A DNA stretch of 57,952 nucleotides, the filler included, from Platydemus manokwari (lineage: Eukaryota), in NCBI GenBank assembly GCA_037951405.1. It is 5 parts of 5 records of this genome, joined end to end, with 100 filler letters (N's around TTAATTAATTAA, not from the genome) between each part and the next. Parts side by side here need not be neighbours in the genome. Positions count along the whole stretch, not along the records: positions 39,090 to 48,884 come from JBBMOY011203655.1; positions 48,985 to 57,952 come from JBBMOY011321538.1; 3 more parts are not named here. One strand, given 5' to 3'. Position 1 is the stretch's first letter; each line of letters opens with the position of its first letter. The translations under genes were made by a program, and so were the position numbers. The notes under the pieces are model-generated. The model saw only the letters and a program-made list of their open reading frames with translations, did not search any database and was not told where the DNA came from. This document shows positions 43,200 through 56,826 of the stretch, in pieces.

Positions 43200-43690
43200 C
43201 TCTGCAGATACAATTGAAATCATACCATAGCACAACAATAAATTATCACTCGTGACGGAGTCAGTACCTTAAAGTTGAATACGGAATAGAAGATAACCAA
43301 AAAGACTGACTGTCAGAAAAATCACAGAAAAGTCATAGAACAGGTTTCCAACCAAAAGACTGGCAATTGCTCTTGAAATCTAACTCATTTTATAGGCTTA
43401 TCGTGTGTGTTCATTTGATGTCCCTGAACTTTGTTTTTCATTTGATAAATTCGTTCATACATCAATATGTTAGTCATTTCTTATACGTCCCTCGTGCCAC
43501 TGACGAATATCGATTTTTGTTGTCATTTGTTAGTCTGGGTCAGTTAATTATTGACTTCTAAATACGAATTGATATATGGAATGAATCTGATTAGTCATTC
43601 GCAAATTGAGCTCATTGAATTTGTGTAAATCAACCTTTTGAGGATTATTTCCAAGGTTTCCGTGAACATTTTGGTTGTTTTGTGTAGACA
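43200..43690 (-). mobile_element. Diverged solo LTR-like repeat, homologous to 45300-45838
   Basis: Colinear blocks shared with the 45.5-kb copy on +: ACCAAAAGACTGGCAA, TTTTATAG, TGTCATTTGT, CTTCTAAATA.GAAT, GAATGAATCTGATT.GT, TTTTGGTTG.TTTGTG. The left boundary is approximate. Confidence 0.6.
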
Positions 43691-45299
43691 TTGGAGTGAG
43701 TTTTCTGAATTATCAGATTGATTGATCAATGAGCATTTTTTCAGATTGATGTAGACAACGAGGTGTATAATTGGTACAAACAAGGATTGTAATGAACCAC
43801 AAAAAATTTGTGCCTGTGTTTCTTTTAATAAAGACGAATGGAAATTAGTTTCGATTTTAATTTTTTTATTTATTTCTAGTATGTTTTAAATTTAAATAGA
43901 TTTTCTGTGTGCTAGATTTTCATGTTTAAGATTTTGGATTTTTTATATATAATATTGAGATTGTTTAGTGAGATGATGATTTGCATGATCACTCTACACT
44001 ACTGATTTTCCCAACAGTGTTACAAGGCACCCATCTATTTTTTGAAAACCTTTCGCTTAGATTTCCGCTAAATAATAAAAGAATTTCCGTGAAAAATAGC
44101 AATTACACAATAACCGCTATATAAATGCTATGCATTCTACAGAATTTTATAAAATAAATCCAACAGCAATAGTAAAGTATCTGGAAAACATTAGCCAATT
44201 AGCTTAATTTGTTCGATTTATAGGTTTTGTCCAATATGGTCGATGAAATAATCAAATATTTTTTCACTCAAAACAAAGGTTTATTTCAACTTTTAATATT
44301 TTTATTCTTGATTATTCTGATAATATTTATCTATCTCTTATCTTTAACTTGCTCAATTCTACAACGTAGATTGAATAAAAGATGGAGAAAGAATATCGGT
44401 GACGTTGTAAGAGAATTAGATAAGTAAGTCGTCAGATATTTTCATTTTTTTATAAAAATTTAATCCCATTTTTAGTTCAACTGAATACAGCAGCTTATAC
44501 GGCGAGTACAGTAATGAGAAACGATTAGCAAACTCGGTTTTGTTAATGATGGAAAACCCTCCCCCTTTACCTCCAAGAGTTATTCAATAAAGAAGAACCC
44601 TGCATTGAACTATAAAATGTTTTAAAATAAATATATAGAGTATATTTTCATCTTTGATAAACCACCTTTCTGAATTTCATCAAACTTGATGAGTGAATCT
44701 GAAATATTGATATCTGAAAATAATTCATATCTCAAATAGACCACTAAAAATAGAATCTGAAAGTTATGTAGGTTAGAAATGTATAAATAATGGAGATTCA
44801 GATTTACTTTATTTTTTCTACCATCATTCAAACAATAAAAGTGATAAATCGGTCACAGTTGTGTTTGTAGATTGGTCAAAAATGATTTTATTTTACGAAT
44901 GGTGAGAGAATAGCTATTGAAGTAACCAAAAGCAGTGTATCTAAGTGTATCTAAGATGACTCGTTGATTGTATTTATATTTAATTCATTTGCATCGGTTA
45001 TTAATTAGTATTTCCTAAACTCAGTTTATATTGACATTTTCTCTGATTGGGTGAGGTGATATGTTAAATTCATTTCTAATCATATTGAAAAACAAATTCT
45101 TTGGATTCGAAATAAAATTAAATATTAATTCTTTCTCACGTGTTCAATTTTTATGAATTTTTCACTAATGTCAAAGTTGAATTTAATTTGAACCAGATCA
45201 ATACGTGTATGGAATCATTGACATCAGTTAACCAGGTTTGAAGTATCGATTTAATCAGTTTTTAGACATCAGTTTGGATTTAAGAAACACGTATAGATT

Positions 45300-45838
45300 T
45301 GTTGGGTATATTAATCAACAATTTAGATCTGAAAATTCTATTAACCAAAATATCATAATCAAAATCTCAATAAATCTTTTCACGACTCACAACAGCAAAT
45401 CATTCAACACGTGATCAGTCCCCGAAAGTCAAAAACAGAATGGAAAGAAATCAAAATGACTAATTACTAAGAATCGCACAAAGATAAGCTTAACACTCAA
45501 GTTACCGACCAAAAAAGACTGGCAAGTATTCGTGGAATTCAACCTCTTTTATAGACCTATCTGGTTACGAATCTTCCTTTTCCATTTACTGAATTTGTTC
45601 GTGTATCGGTTTACTTGAAATTTTCCTCTGATCTCTCGTGTCATTGGTGGATACTTGAGCTTAGTGTCATTTGTAGATATGTGCCTGTCGATTCTTAGCT
45701 TCTAAATATGAATCAACATTAGAATGAATCTGATTGGTTTAAGGCCCGTGTGTTTATCTGGTCTGTGTGGATTGACTATTTTAGGGTTCTTTTCTTGGTT
45801 CTTGCGACCCTTTTGGTTGATTTGTGATCTCCCCAACA
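45300..45838 (-). mobile_element. Solo LTR (~540 bp)
   Basis: TGTT...AACA termini. The minus strand starts TGTTGGGGAGAT (cf. TGTTGAGTGAGAT), and carries CCAAT, TATAAAA (45553-45547) and GCCAGTC initiator-like motifs. Flanks GATT/GAAT. Confidence 0.6.
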
Positions 45839-46145
45839 GAATAATATTGTAAATTGCTTCCAAACCTGTCATTATCATAAAATATCATTGACCACCGAGA
45901 ATATATTTGAAATTCTATTTTTGTTATTTCATTCTAATAGATATACTCTTGAAAAAACCCAAAAAAAATATTCACAACTGACAAATAAATCAAACTTATC
46001 AGAAATATCATGTCAATCAATGAATAAAATAGTATGCAGGTGCCAATCACTTCTTCACGCATCTGCATTGTTCATTCACGAAAACAGGTTGGAAAAAATT
46101 TGATCTGATCTCGAACATATATCAAATAATTATTAAAAATTCTAA

Positions 46146-46916
46146 TCATATCCTACAAACATACAGTGCTATTAATCTCAAAAAATATGACAGATTTTCA
46201 TATTTAACAATACTTCGCCAGAAACCGATTTCTTGATTCATTTTCACCTTTTGTGGATGATATGAAATAAATGTCTCCGTCTCATCTGTTTCTTCGCTAA
46301 TCTTGTGCTGCACATGGATACGATCGGTTCTATTCTTGTTTTCAATTGAACGCAAATTGATATTCTCACAGTAATAACATTTGAATGGATCCATCATAAT
46401 CAGATTGGAACCATCGTTTTCAATCAATGTTTTGGAATTATTTTCTGCCACTTCGCTCTTCAATGAACTCATCCATTTCTTTTCTAATCCTTCCATAGTA
46501 TCATCCAATGATGGTTTCCATGATAGATTTTCAATCTGACTTTGGGTAAACGAATGCAGCGTGCTTGTAGTCACTATTTCGGACACCGTTACATGATCAT
46601 CTTTTGGAGTTTCGTTGTCCAATAAAGTTTCCATTGAAAATAGAGGTTTTGATTCAGATAAATTCGACTCAACTTCTTTTAAAGTATTTTCAATTGGCAT
46701 ATGAATATCAGAAGAACTATAACTTTGTCTGTTTGTGAGTTCATTTGAATCGGTTTTAGTAACAAAAGAAGACAACCGAATCGGTGCATTCAGAGCAGTA
46801 TTATAATTACTGATAATCTCTAAGGAATCGTCGTTGATTCCAGCAAAAAATTCGTGCAATGATATTTGTCTACTGTCGTCATTAGTAGAGATTAAATCTG
46901 TAAAGTAATTGCTCAT
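46146..46916 (-). CDS. Hypothetical acidic Ser/Thr/Glu-rich protein, 256 aa; the 3' end may be spliced
   Basis: A 771-nt open frame starting at ATG in DNA where random ORFs rarely exceed ~100 aa; composition like a disordered protein; hydrophobic C-terminus with a GTATGT donor near the end. No family recognised. Confidence 0.6.
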   Translation of the reverse strand: MSNYFTDLISTNDDSRQISLHEFFAGINDDSLEIISNYNTALNAPIRLSSFVTKTDSNELTNRQSYSSSDIHMPIENTLKEVESNLSESKPLFSMETLLDNETPKDDHVTVSEIVTTSTLHSFTQSQIENLSWKPSLDDTMEGLEKKWMSSLKSEVAENNSKTLIENDGSNLIMMDPFKCYYCENINLRSIENKNRTDRIHVQHKISEETDETETFISYHPQKVKMNQEIGFWRSIVKYENLSYFLRLIALYVCRI

Positions 46917-48540
46917 ATTAATTGATAAATAATAATTGTAATCGATTTATGAAAATTAATTTATTTAAATGTCGGAATTGGAGTTTTGGATTTCGATTAA
47001 GATTTTTAGAAGAATATTTAGTTAATTATCTTTATCCAAATTTAAACTTCCAATTAATATGACACATTATCTATGATTCTGTGTAATTGTAATATTACTT
47101 AGTATTATTTAATTGTGGTTATTTTTAAATGATGATTTTATTCAAAGGAAAATTTATTGGTATCTATTTATTAATTTCTGATTTAATTTGAGTATTAATT
47201 TAGTTATATTTTATTTCTTTTTTTCAATCTTTTCGAGAATTGCATAACCATAAATTTTTTTCAATTAAACATTCAATATCATTTCATATTTACAAAATAC
47301 GTTCCTAAAATATTATTCATAAAATAAGTTTATACATATTGTCTCTAACAACCCTTTTCAAATTGTTAACTATCCTCAAATCCAAACCAAAGAAAAGTCA
47401 TTACAAAAAATTAAATGATTATTTCTTTATTCTGAGTATGTTGTGTCTGCGTCGACTATTCATTTGTTTCTCATTCATCTTTTATCTAATTTCTACTCAT
47501 GTCTCTTTTTAATTCAACTCTCCATTTATCGCTTGCTGAATTATTTAGTAGAACTGTTTCCTGAATTATAACAGGTTGATGTTATTGTCTTACTATGCTC
47601 TCCGCGGTGGCTTTTAGCAGCTCCTTGTATTCATTGACAAATTGCTTCGAAATTCTTTATCAAGGCTTTTCTTGCTAGTCAAGATAACTGTAAGCCATTT
47701 TCTTATAGTTTTACATTTTTTATACTGTATATGTGTCTCCTAACTTTGATCTGCCTAATTTTTTGATTTCCTTCAATTTTTTAATACTTTTCGCAATAGA
47801 GCTTCTCGAGTATTAATGCCTTATGTATCTCTCGTTACTCGGGTTTAGGTACACAAATTTTTAATATACCACTTCAGTTCAGTGTTTTGAACCTGGGATA
47901 GAATCGATGTAGCATTGTGACTCTCCTAACATTAGTATTAAGTGGTCAAAATATAATAAATAAATTAATAAACTTACCTTTCGCTAAAAATTAGTCCTAT
48001 TTCGGCACTTCGTAGAAATATTCAGTACCTCTGCTTAGAGATATATAGAATTTGTAGATCTTACGGAGTCTTCGGGAACGGTGGCTGCAGTATTTGTGAT
48101 GGAGGTTTTGTGATGCGAATAGTGTCCTATTTCGGCCTTCATCATTGTCTTGTATCAGAGACAAATAGAACTAAAAGAAATCTATAAAATAGACATATGT
48201 TTATATACCAATTCAAAGACTAATTCATCAAATAATCCAAAACTCAGAAAGCAACGCAAATCTCGACGGGATTTTAAAGTGCTGACATGATGCAAATTTT
48301 GACGCTTTATTACTTTCAGAACAAATCACGTCGTAGTCCGAAAATTTAAGAAATTTAATTGAAGAATTCAATTCATTTTGAATTTCAAATGGAGCGGCAA
48401 ATATCATGGATGATCGCGGCTCAATCAGATAATAAATTATAAATAATAATTATATTAAAATTAATTATAATTAATTATACTTGTTATATAAAGTACATAT
48501 TATCAACTAGTATGCACAGATAATTAATTAAAAAGAATAA

Positions 48541-48590
48541 TTATATTATATTTAATTATATTTAATTATATTTAATTATATTTATTATAT
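48541..48590. repeat. 10-bp minisatellite (TTTAATTATA)n
   Basis: Three exact and two degenerate tandem copies. Confidence 0.7.
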
Positions 48591-48884
48591 AAAGTACATA
48601 TTATTAACTAGCATAAATAGTTGATAAATATTACATAAAATTTTACAAACATTTTGTTTAAATTCATTCGATATCGAGTATATTGGAAATATTTTATTTT
48701 ACGTTATGTTTTCATGTTTCAGGGTGCTAAAGTTCGTACACACCCGGCTATTCATTTTAAGTAAATTTTGTGCTGTAAATTTATCTCTATTCAAATAAGC
48801 ATTATTATTTCATTTTGTTTCAATTCAGTACCCATCTAGTTATATTCAGCTTACATAACACTAGGGATTCGATATAAAATTATA

Positions 48885-48984
48885 NNNNNNNNNNNNNNNN
48901 NNNNNNNNNNNNNNNNNNNNNNNNNNNNTTAATTAATTAANNNNNNNNNNNNNNNNNNNNNNNNNNNNNNNNNNNNNNNNNNNN
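48885..48984. other. Artificial assembly linker (N44-TTAATTAATTAA-N44)
   Basis: Same 100-nt six-frame-stop spacer. Confidence 0.95.
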
Positions 48985-49866
48985 ATATTTTTTATAATTA
49001 TTTTAAAATTTCTATTATTTTATTTATTTTTTAATATTTTTTTATCCATTTCTTTTGTAGATTTTTAACATCTTTCATATTACATTTGATTTTTATTTGA
49101 CTAAAAACTTTTGATTTTAATTTCTTAATGATTTTTATTTTCGGTCTATTATATATAGTGAGGCAATATTTAATGTAATCCTATTTATGTGTTAATCATT
49201 ACATACCATATTGAAATCAAACTGGTTTAACCTGGACTTAGAATTCACATGTGTAAAATCGCATTACTTGGTATTCATTGACTTTTGAGTAATACATAGT
49301 ATGACACATTTTGTATTTATTTTAAAGCCGTAGAAAAGTTAAACTCCCAAGTCATCAAATGACTTTCCTTTTAAAAGCAATAAATATTTTAAAATGAAAT
49401 CATTACTTAAAGATCAGTGATAAATGCAAAATGTATAAAAGGAAAAGTTACTTCAAAACTCAGATCAAATTTTGATTTTATTCCTATTCATGATAGAAAT
49501 TGTATGACTATAATTTTAAATTTGTATTTTTTATTGAGCACGGAGAATATATCTCTAAATGAATTAATAAACTTAAAGTGCTATAACATTATAGAAGCAA
49601 AGTCATTAAAATTAGTTTCTATTTGAAAATGAAGCAATATCATAAAGTTTAATTAAATAACTTTTTAATTTCATTAATATTTTATTAGTTTATGATATTA
49701 CGAAATAAATAAAAATAAATTAACAAAAAATTTTCTATGGGATTATTGTTTAAATAATTATAATTAATCATTTAGAATGGTTTGATTTTAAAGCTGAAAC
49801 ATTTAATAAAATATAAATTGGGATCTAATTAATAAAATATAATTGAAAATTCTTGAACAACTGGTT

Positions 49867-52800
49867 ATGAGTCATGCTAATAAAATTTTTGAAGAAATGA
49901 TATTGGGAGGCTTATCTGGAGGATTTGCTTGTATTTTCACAAATCCTCTCGAAGTTGTTAAAACACGATTGCAATTGCAAGGTGAATTAAAATCAAAAGG
50001 AACTTATGCTGTTCATTATAAAAATTTTGTACATGCTTTTTACACAATTGGAAAATTAGTACTTATGATCTGATTATTTTACATTGCAAATTTAATATTG
50101 ATTGAAGGATGGTTTATTAGCACTACAAAGTGGCTTGTTAACTGGTGTTTTATATCAATTTACAATGAATGGAGCTCGTTTGGGATGTTATCAATTTTTA
50201 TCGGATTTTAAATTGCATATGAATAGCAATGGATCAGTTAGTTATCCGAAAGCATTTCTGATGGGTGGGTTCAGTGGTTCATTGGGAGCATTCCTTGGCA
50301 GTCCGCTTTATTTAGTCAAAACACATTTTCAAGTGAGTGAGGCGTAATCAACAGACTCGAATAACGACTATGTATTTATTCATTGTTGTTATATAAATGG
50401 TTAATTGCATAATATTTAAAATTTATCTACAAATGTAATTTTTTGTTTCTAAAATTCGTAAATAGGACATGGAAACATTATATCAATTTTTTGAAGGCTT
50501 CGAACATTGATACTTCAATCCACTGCTTGAGAACAGCTGAGATTGCATTGTTGACATAGTTTATATTTGTTACTGTTGCTAATCTGTGACAATTAATCTT
50601 AGTTATATGGTGTCATTTCCACTGTTCTTTTATTCTTCAAATCGATTATATTTCATTTTCATTATATCTCGATATAAAAAAACCAATTCAGGCCCATTCT
50701 GAATCTCAAATCGCTGTCGGTTTCCAAAGAGAACGTATGGGGTTGTTAATGGCTTTGAGTAGGATTTATAATGATAAAGGATTTATTGGACTTTGGCGAG
50801 GTTTAGTTTTTAGAGGATTTTGATACGATTGAGTTGTTTTGTTCAGGATGGCAGGCTCAAGTTGTTAGGGTAATGGCGGGATCCAGTGTTCAGTTAGCAA
50901 CATTTTCCAAGTGCAAAAATCTACTCCATAATTATCAGGTAGGCTATAAAAATATGCTTCATTATATCACCCAAAACATATACTCCACATGTTTCCATAG
51001 ATACGGATATTAACATTGTATTTGATTATGTATCAGATAAAATAGAAAATGCTTTCGAATAATGAGCATTGAATTGAAATCGGGAAGAAAGCCGGTTCAG
51101 GAAGCAGTGAGATGGTTGCAATCGAATTTAATAGAAAATGTAGAGCATATATCACACGTGACATTGCGTCAAACCTTATTGGACAGTCCATAGCAACGGG
51201 CATTGTTATAGAACAAGCGAAATGCGGTCTAAGACTAACAGTCGATGTTGCAACGAATGACGTATCGCCGTTAATAATTCATCAATTGTGGAGAATTCAC
51301 ATCGGTATTCAACGCAGTCACAGTCATCTATGCCTTCTTATAGAAATAAATTTTCATTAAAACGTTTATTTTTGTTAAATATTGCAGCTTGTGTGTCACC
51401 CTGCACATAAATATTGATATATTTGCTTATTTAAATTTATGTGCCTAAATTTGATTAGCTGAATTGATGTGGGGTATTTATATTAGGGGTTCTATATCTT
51501 CAATTTAAAGGTTGACAGTCAATATTCGCCTAATATTAAAACATGACAGGGATTGATGAGCTGAAAGATAAATACAACCAATGAGATGTCCTAAATTCAT
51601 TACTCGTTAAGAGTAGTTGAAGTCGCTCGTCATAATTTGTAGATCAATAACTCCCAATCCATCCTTAGCTATTTCTTATAAATTGTAATTAAATCATATT
51701 TAATATATTACCATGTAATAAATTCAGCCAATCAAATTCATCCAAATTTGCTCAAGTAATATTAAACATTTCCGTTAAGGAATTTTTAAAATATTTTAGA
51801 GATATTGAACGAAATAAATTAATAGGTATCTATTGGAAACGGTGACAGTAATCGAGTAAGTTATGATGGCAAGTTATGATATTAATGATGTTGCACCTAA
51901 TCGATATTTTCGGAATTGATTAACTCTTGTGACATCTTAATTATCGTAATAATTATTTATTATCCGAAATATAAATTCTCAAAATCACAAAACTTTAACC
52001 GAAATTCAACTTTGAACTTCCCCATGGCCCATATTATTTAATAATTTTTCAGATATATGTGACAAATATAAATGGTTAATAATTCACTCTATCAACCATT
52101 AAAATCAATAATTCATTCAACAAATGTCACATTAACGAATTATGGAATTTAAGCAGCAAATATCTATATCGAGTAAATAACTCTTGTTGTAAGTTAATAG
52201 TAGACACGAAATATTATTTATAAATCGGAGGAAAGCATTCAAATTTTCTCAGAGGAATTGTAATAAGTATTGAAAAGTGTTGTTGTAATATACAGTAATT
52301 TAGCGTTGGTAATTACCGTATAATGTTCCTTCAATTAAGCTTAAGTTGCTCGATCTCCAAACTTTGAGATTTCCATCAAATTCGTATGGATATTTATGTC
52401 ATTCTCGTCAACCATTTTCACTGTCTTAGTAGGGCACTTGTTTGGAAGTCGAATAAATGTGGTTCCAATATAGAATAAGGGGTTGGGTTATTGTCATTAT
52501 TCGCTCAAATCTAATCCTCGAAATATACGACACCCATTCTTTAAGTTTCGGATTTTATTTCTATATAACGGAATAGATTGAAAACAAATCTTTACCATTA
52601 TATATATATTTAGATCGCCGATATAAATAATATATCTAATTCTATTTTGGCAAGTTGTGCTAGTGCGATAACTGTTACCATGTCTATGAGTCCATTCGAT
52701 GTCTTATCGACACGAATCTACAATCAACCTTTGGATGAGTTTGGTAAGGGGAAATATTACTCAGGTAAGACTCAGTACTTGATATTTCATAAGATTGTCT

Positions 52801-53038
52801 TTGTATTTTTCGATTATTTCGTTACTGTTTTCGGATATTTCGATATTGTTTGCTATTATTTCCAGGGATATTTGATGCTTTTACAAAGGTTTTAAAGAAG
52901 GAAGGCTTCTTTGGTCTTTATAAAGGTGCTTCTGGTGTATTCATGAGACTGTCACCGCATACTGTTATAACCCTGGTCACGTGGGATAAATTGCGCCAAA
53001 CATATGTCCGGCTGGTCAATAGGGACAGCGTTAATTAG
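49867..53038 (+). CDS. SLC25A35: Mitochondrial carrier of the SLC25A34/35 (yeast Oac1-like) group; 313 aa, 6 exons
   Basis: Exons 49867-50058, 50108-50332, 50692-50800, 50847-50938, 52614-52764, 52866-53038 (942 nt). Three carrier repeats: [63 protein letters not shown]; also [11 protein letters not shown] and RLSPHTVI. Confidence 0.92.
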
Positions 53039-56000
53039 CAGCAGTCTGGCTTAGAGCTCAATATTTTTTATTAGATTTGTTGCAAATAAATGGAAATATT
53101 TTCTGGTTATTTTATGTGCTTCTGCTTTTAAATTTAGGTGTCTGTTAAAAATATATTTACTATTTATTGGTTTTTGATGTTGAGTGTTTGAAGGTGGCTT
53201 AGTGATAGGAGGATTATTTAGTGGGCATTATCACAGATTTAGTTCACCGCTGCTTTTAAATCGTATTAAACTTTCATCGATGTTTGTGTGCGATTTTATT
53301 ATTAAATTGAAAACATCTGCGCCTTGCTTTATCGATAAATATTTTATTTAATTTCTCAATAATCATCTGTTATTTATTTGGATTATACGATAACAAGTGA
53401 TAATTAATTTGCAATTTTTTTAATATAAATCGATTAACAGGCACTGTCACTTAGATAGAATCGTTATATATCTTATTAATTATGAATACACTCACAGCTT
53501 ACATGTGAGAAATTACATAGATAATAATAGCGAAACAGAAAATTCGTTTTAATACATTTTAATATTGTGACGAATAGAAATTGGATTCACAAAAGCTCCA
53601 TTGCGAAAGTTTCAAAACGGAAATTATCATCAACTGACTATCTTAGTCAGATACAACCATTGCCTCATCAAGAATTTTTAATAGACAACGATTCCTAGTA
53701 GGCAATTAAATTTCATTTTATCTTAATCTTTATTATCAATTTAATCAGGAAATTTGGAACTCTTATTATAAATTCTTAATGCACGCTTCCTCATTTACCA
53801 TACCACAAGTAGGTGGTATTAGTTCCCAATGGTTCATTTTATCAATACACTTTAAAAGAACATCAACTTATATATAATAAAAACTCGATACATTACACTC
53901 ACGATATTATTAATTTTTGTTTTCTCAAATATATATTCACCGGATTTGTCATCTATTATATTTATCGTATAGCAACAAGGTAATTTTTGAGAAGTCTCAG
54001 ATTCCTTTGTGTTGAATTTATGTATATTAAGACAGTCAACAGCGTGAACTTTTTTCTTTGTCTAACTTGAATTAGTACAATGGTTTGTGCTTTGCTAATA
54101 TAAAATGATAAGATAGAAAATATATTTTCATAAACTTTTATGTGATTAGGTAAAAATGTGATCGAAAACCGTTGTTTGCATTCTAGTTTTATTTGTAGTT
54201 ATGTATAATGGGTTGAATATTATTGAAAATCCTTATTTGTTTTTTAGTTTTATTTATATTTATAAAATTCAAAACAAAAAATATTGTTTAATACTTTTAT
54301 TCAATCAAGACAATCATAAAGATTTCAACTCGAATAAGATTTATTTATAAAAATATTAAATAGCGAACTTCTCGAGATCACAATTGCTTTATAATCTTCG
54401 ATCAATAAAATATATTTTGAAATATGTAAAACCCAGAGGTGTGAACAGCTAGTTTCCATTATTTATTATAAAGTAAATTATACTGATTTAGAAATTCCTG
54501 ACACCATAAAACGTATACATTTTTCTTTATCCAGATTGAAACAAAGAAAAATTTAAACTTAGCAAAAATTGTTAGTAAAATGTTTTTAAAAAATTCCAAA
54601 ACTATAATTACATATAATTCTATAATTGTAATCCGAAACAAACGAAACCAAGAACTGATAAGGAATAATCATTGAAATAAAAGATTAACACTTGAAAATC
54701 ACTATTACACAAACATAAATAATCCTTGTTGATTGGCGTTTACAAGCTCTAAATATAATCCAACACATCAAAAATAAGCATTAAATATTACTGTGAACAC
54801 CCAATCAATTTTATTCTAACTAAAAATGCACGAGCATGAGTTATAAGAATTAAGTTTCATAAACTAAAACAAAGATAAAATAAAATGTGAGACTTATCAC
54901 GTGTTTCAGAAAACATGTTAAGAGTTGTTGAAAATACTCTGCTAAACAAACCAATTTTGTATATCTATTTAGATAATAAGAATACTCATAATGAAATGCT
55001 ATTTTACGATAATAAAGTGAAATACGAAAATACAAGTCGGGATTTTCATAGAAACATCATAATCATAATTATCATACAACGATCCCACAGCCATTATAAC
55101 AAAGAAAAAATTATTAATATGACGAATTTGAATCGTTAATTGAAAATATTCGAAATCGAAACAGACCCACACAGGTCAAAATCATGATATAGAGAAAACT
55201 AGAAAATACAACAAAAATCGTAGTGTCAAACCTACACTCATTCATAAACACAAAGTTGACGTATCAAATCAACAAAAACGTCTACGAACATTTTAAAAAC
55301 AACCTACTTTAAATCTTCTTCATACAAATGAGAATCTAGTGCAAATAATTTTAACATTATTTTTACTGGACAAATCCAATTATCAAATTTTCTTTAATCC
55401 CACGTCAATTTTGGAGAAATACATTTGGTGAATTTTATCAATGATTTGATTTTCTGAAATAGGTTTTGACGGGTTTTATGGAAGAATTTGACAAATTAAT
55501 TTACTATATAGTTGCATTATTGGTTTTGAATTATTTTTCTTATCTATTGAGTCTTTGTTAGGTTTCTTTTTCGTTATATTTAAATGCATTTGTTTATTAA
55601 GAATTTACTTATAAGAAAAAATTATTTAAAATATAACTGATAAAGAAATTTAGTAATTACAATGAAAAAATATTTACAATCATAAATAAATGTCAATTTA
55701 TTCTAATTCTCCTCATTCCGAAAATCACTGATTTCACTTTTATGTTGATCAATTGTCAACAGAACAAACCACAATAATCAAATATAAATATAATTGTCCG
55801 GATCAACAGAAACATCAATTAAAATAGTTATAAAAATGAGATCAAAATATTAATTGTTATTCAAATTGTTCTGTTTAGAGAATTTATTAGTTGTGTCTTC
55901 TTCCCAATGATGAATTTTCCTAGGTTCACATGAACAATCTTCCCGCACTTGTTTCAATTCTCTGGAAGATTAGTTGTTTTCCGTTTTAGTCATTTCACTT

Positions 56001-56826
56001 ATTGCATAGTGTCCTGTAAGGTCTCACTGAAAACAAGCTTTCGGATTGTCTCCAACTCCGTATCTGTAAAGTCAACTCTCATAGGTAAGCTGTATTTTGA
56101 ATGATTGACAATAAATTCTACATTGATGGTTTCTTCAATGGACATATTGAGTTCCTACCCAAGCTCCTCCCCTCAATTGTAAAATTTCTCTGAGGCTGGA
56201 ATCTCCGCTTGACTGTTTCTCGTTCGCCATATTGAAATTTGTGGTGTATTAAATTATTTCCGCTCTTGATTTAAAGCAACACCTTTGGAGATTCCTGTGC
56301 CTTGGTCGGAAATGTACTAAACGGTTGTTTTCCGATTTAATTTGCTGAATCTATGAATTATGATTTTCTGATATTAAGTCTTTCTGCCACTGATCTTCTA
56401 TCTTTCTGTTGAGGTCACAAATATAGGTGGCATCTTCCAATGTATGACGTTTGACTGAGAATTTGTTTATTTTGATTTTGTGAGTCAGTATTGGGTGGCT
56501 TTTGTAGTTCAGTCAAATTTTTAGGCAATATTCTGGTGAGACAGTGAAACTTTGTCTATCTTTATTGAGAGTGCATCTAAATCTGCAAAATAAAATAAAA
56601 TCCTACAATAAAATATTCAGAACCATAGTTTAAATATATGAGATGAACTTATGGATATGGTATTTGTCTGTGCTTCAGTACATTCAATGAGACGATATCC
56701 ATATCCTTATAAAATTCAGCAACAACGATGCTGTGATTAATTTAATGATAATAATTACACAATAGACGAATAATGGGTTAATGATAAAAATATTTATAGC
56801 ATCAGTCTTTGTAATATTGATTATAT

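Noticed and set aside
43200-45838. The two minus-strand LTRs as the paired ends of one element
   Set aside because: They are far too diverged from each other, and I found no PBS, PPT, coding remnant or shared TSD.
47420-48140. Possible DNA-transposon relic (GTCCTATTTCGGC twice; Lys-rich minus-strand fragments)
   Set aside because: No TIR pair, TSD or catalytic motif could be established.
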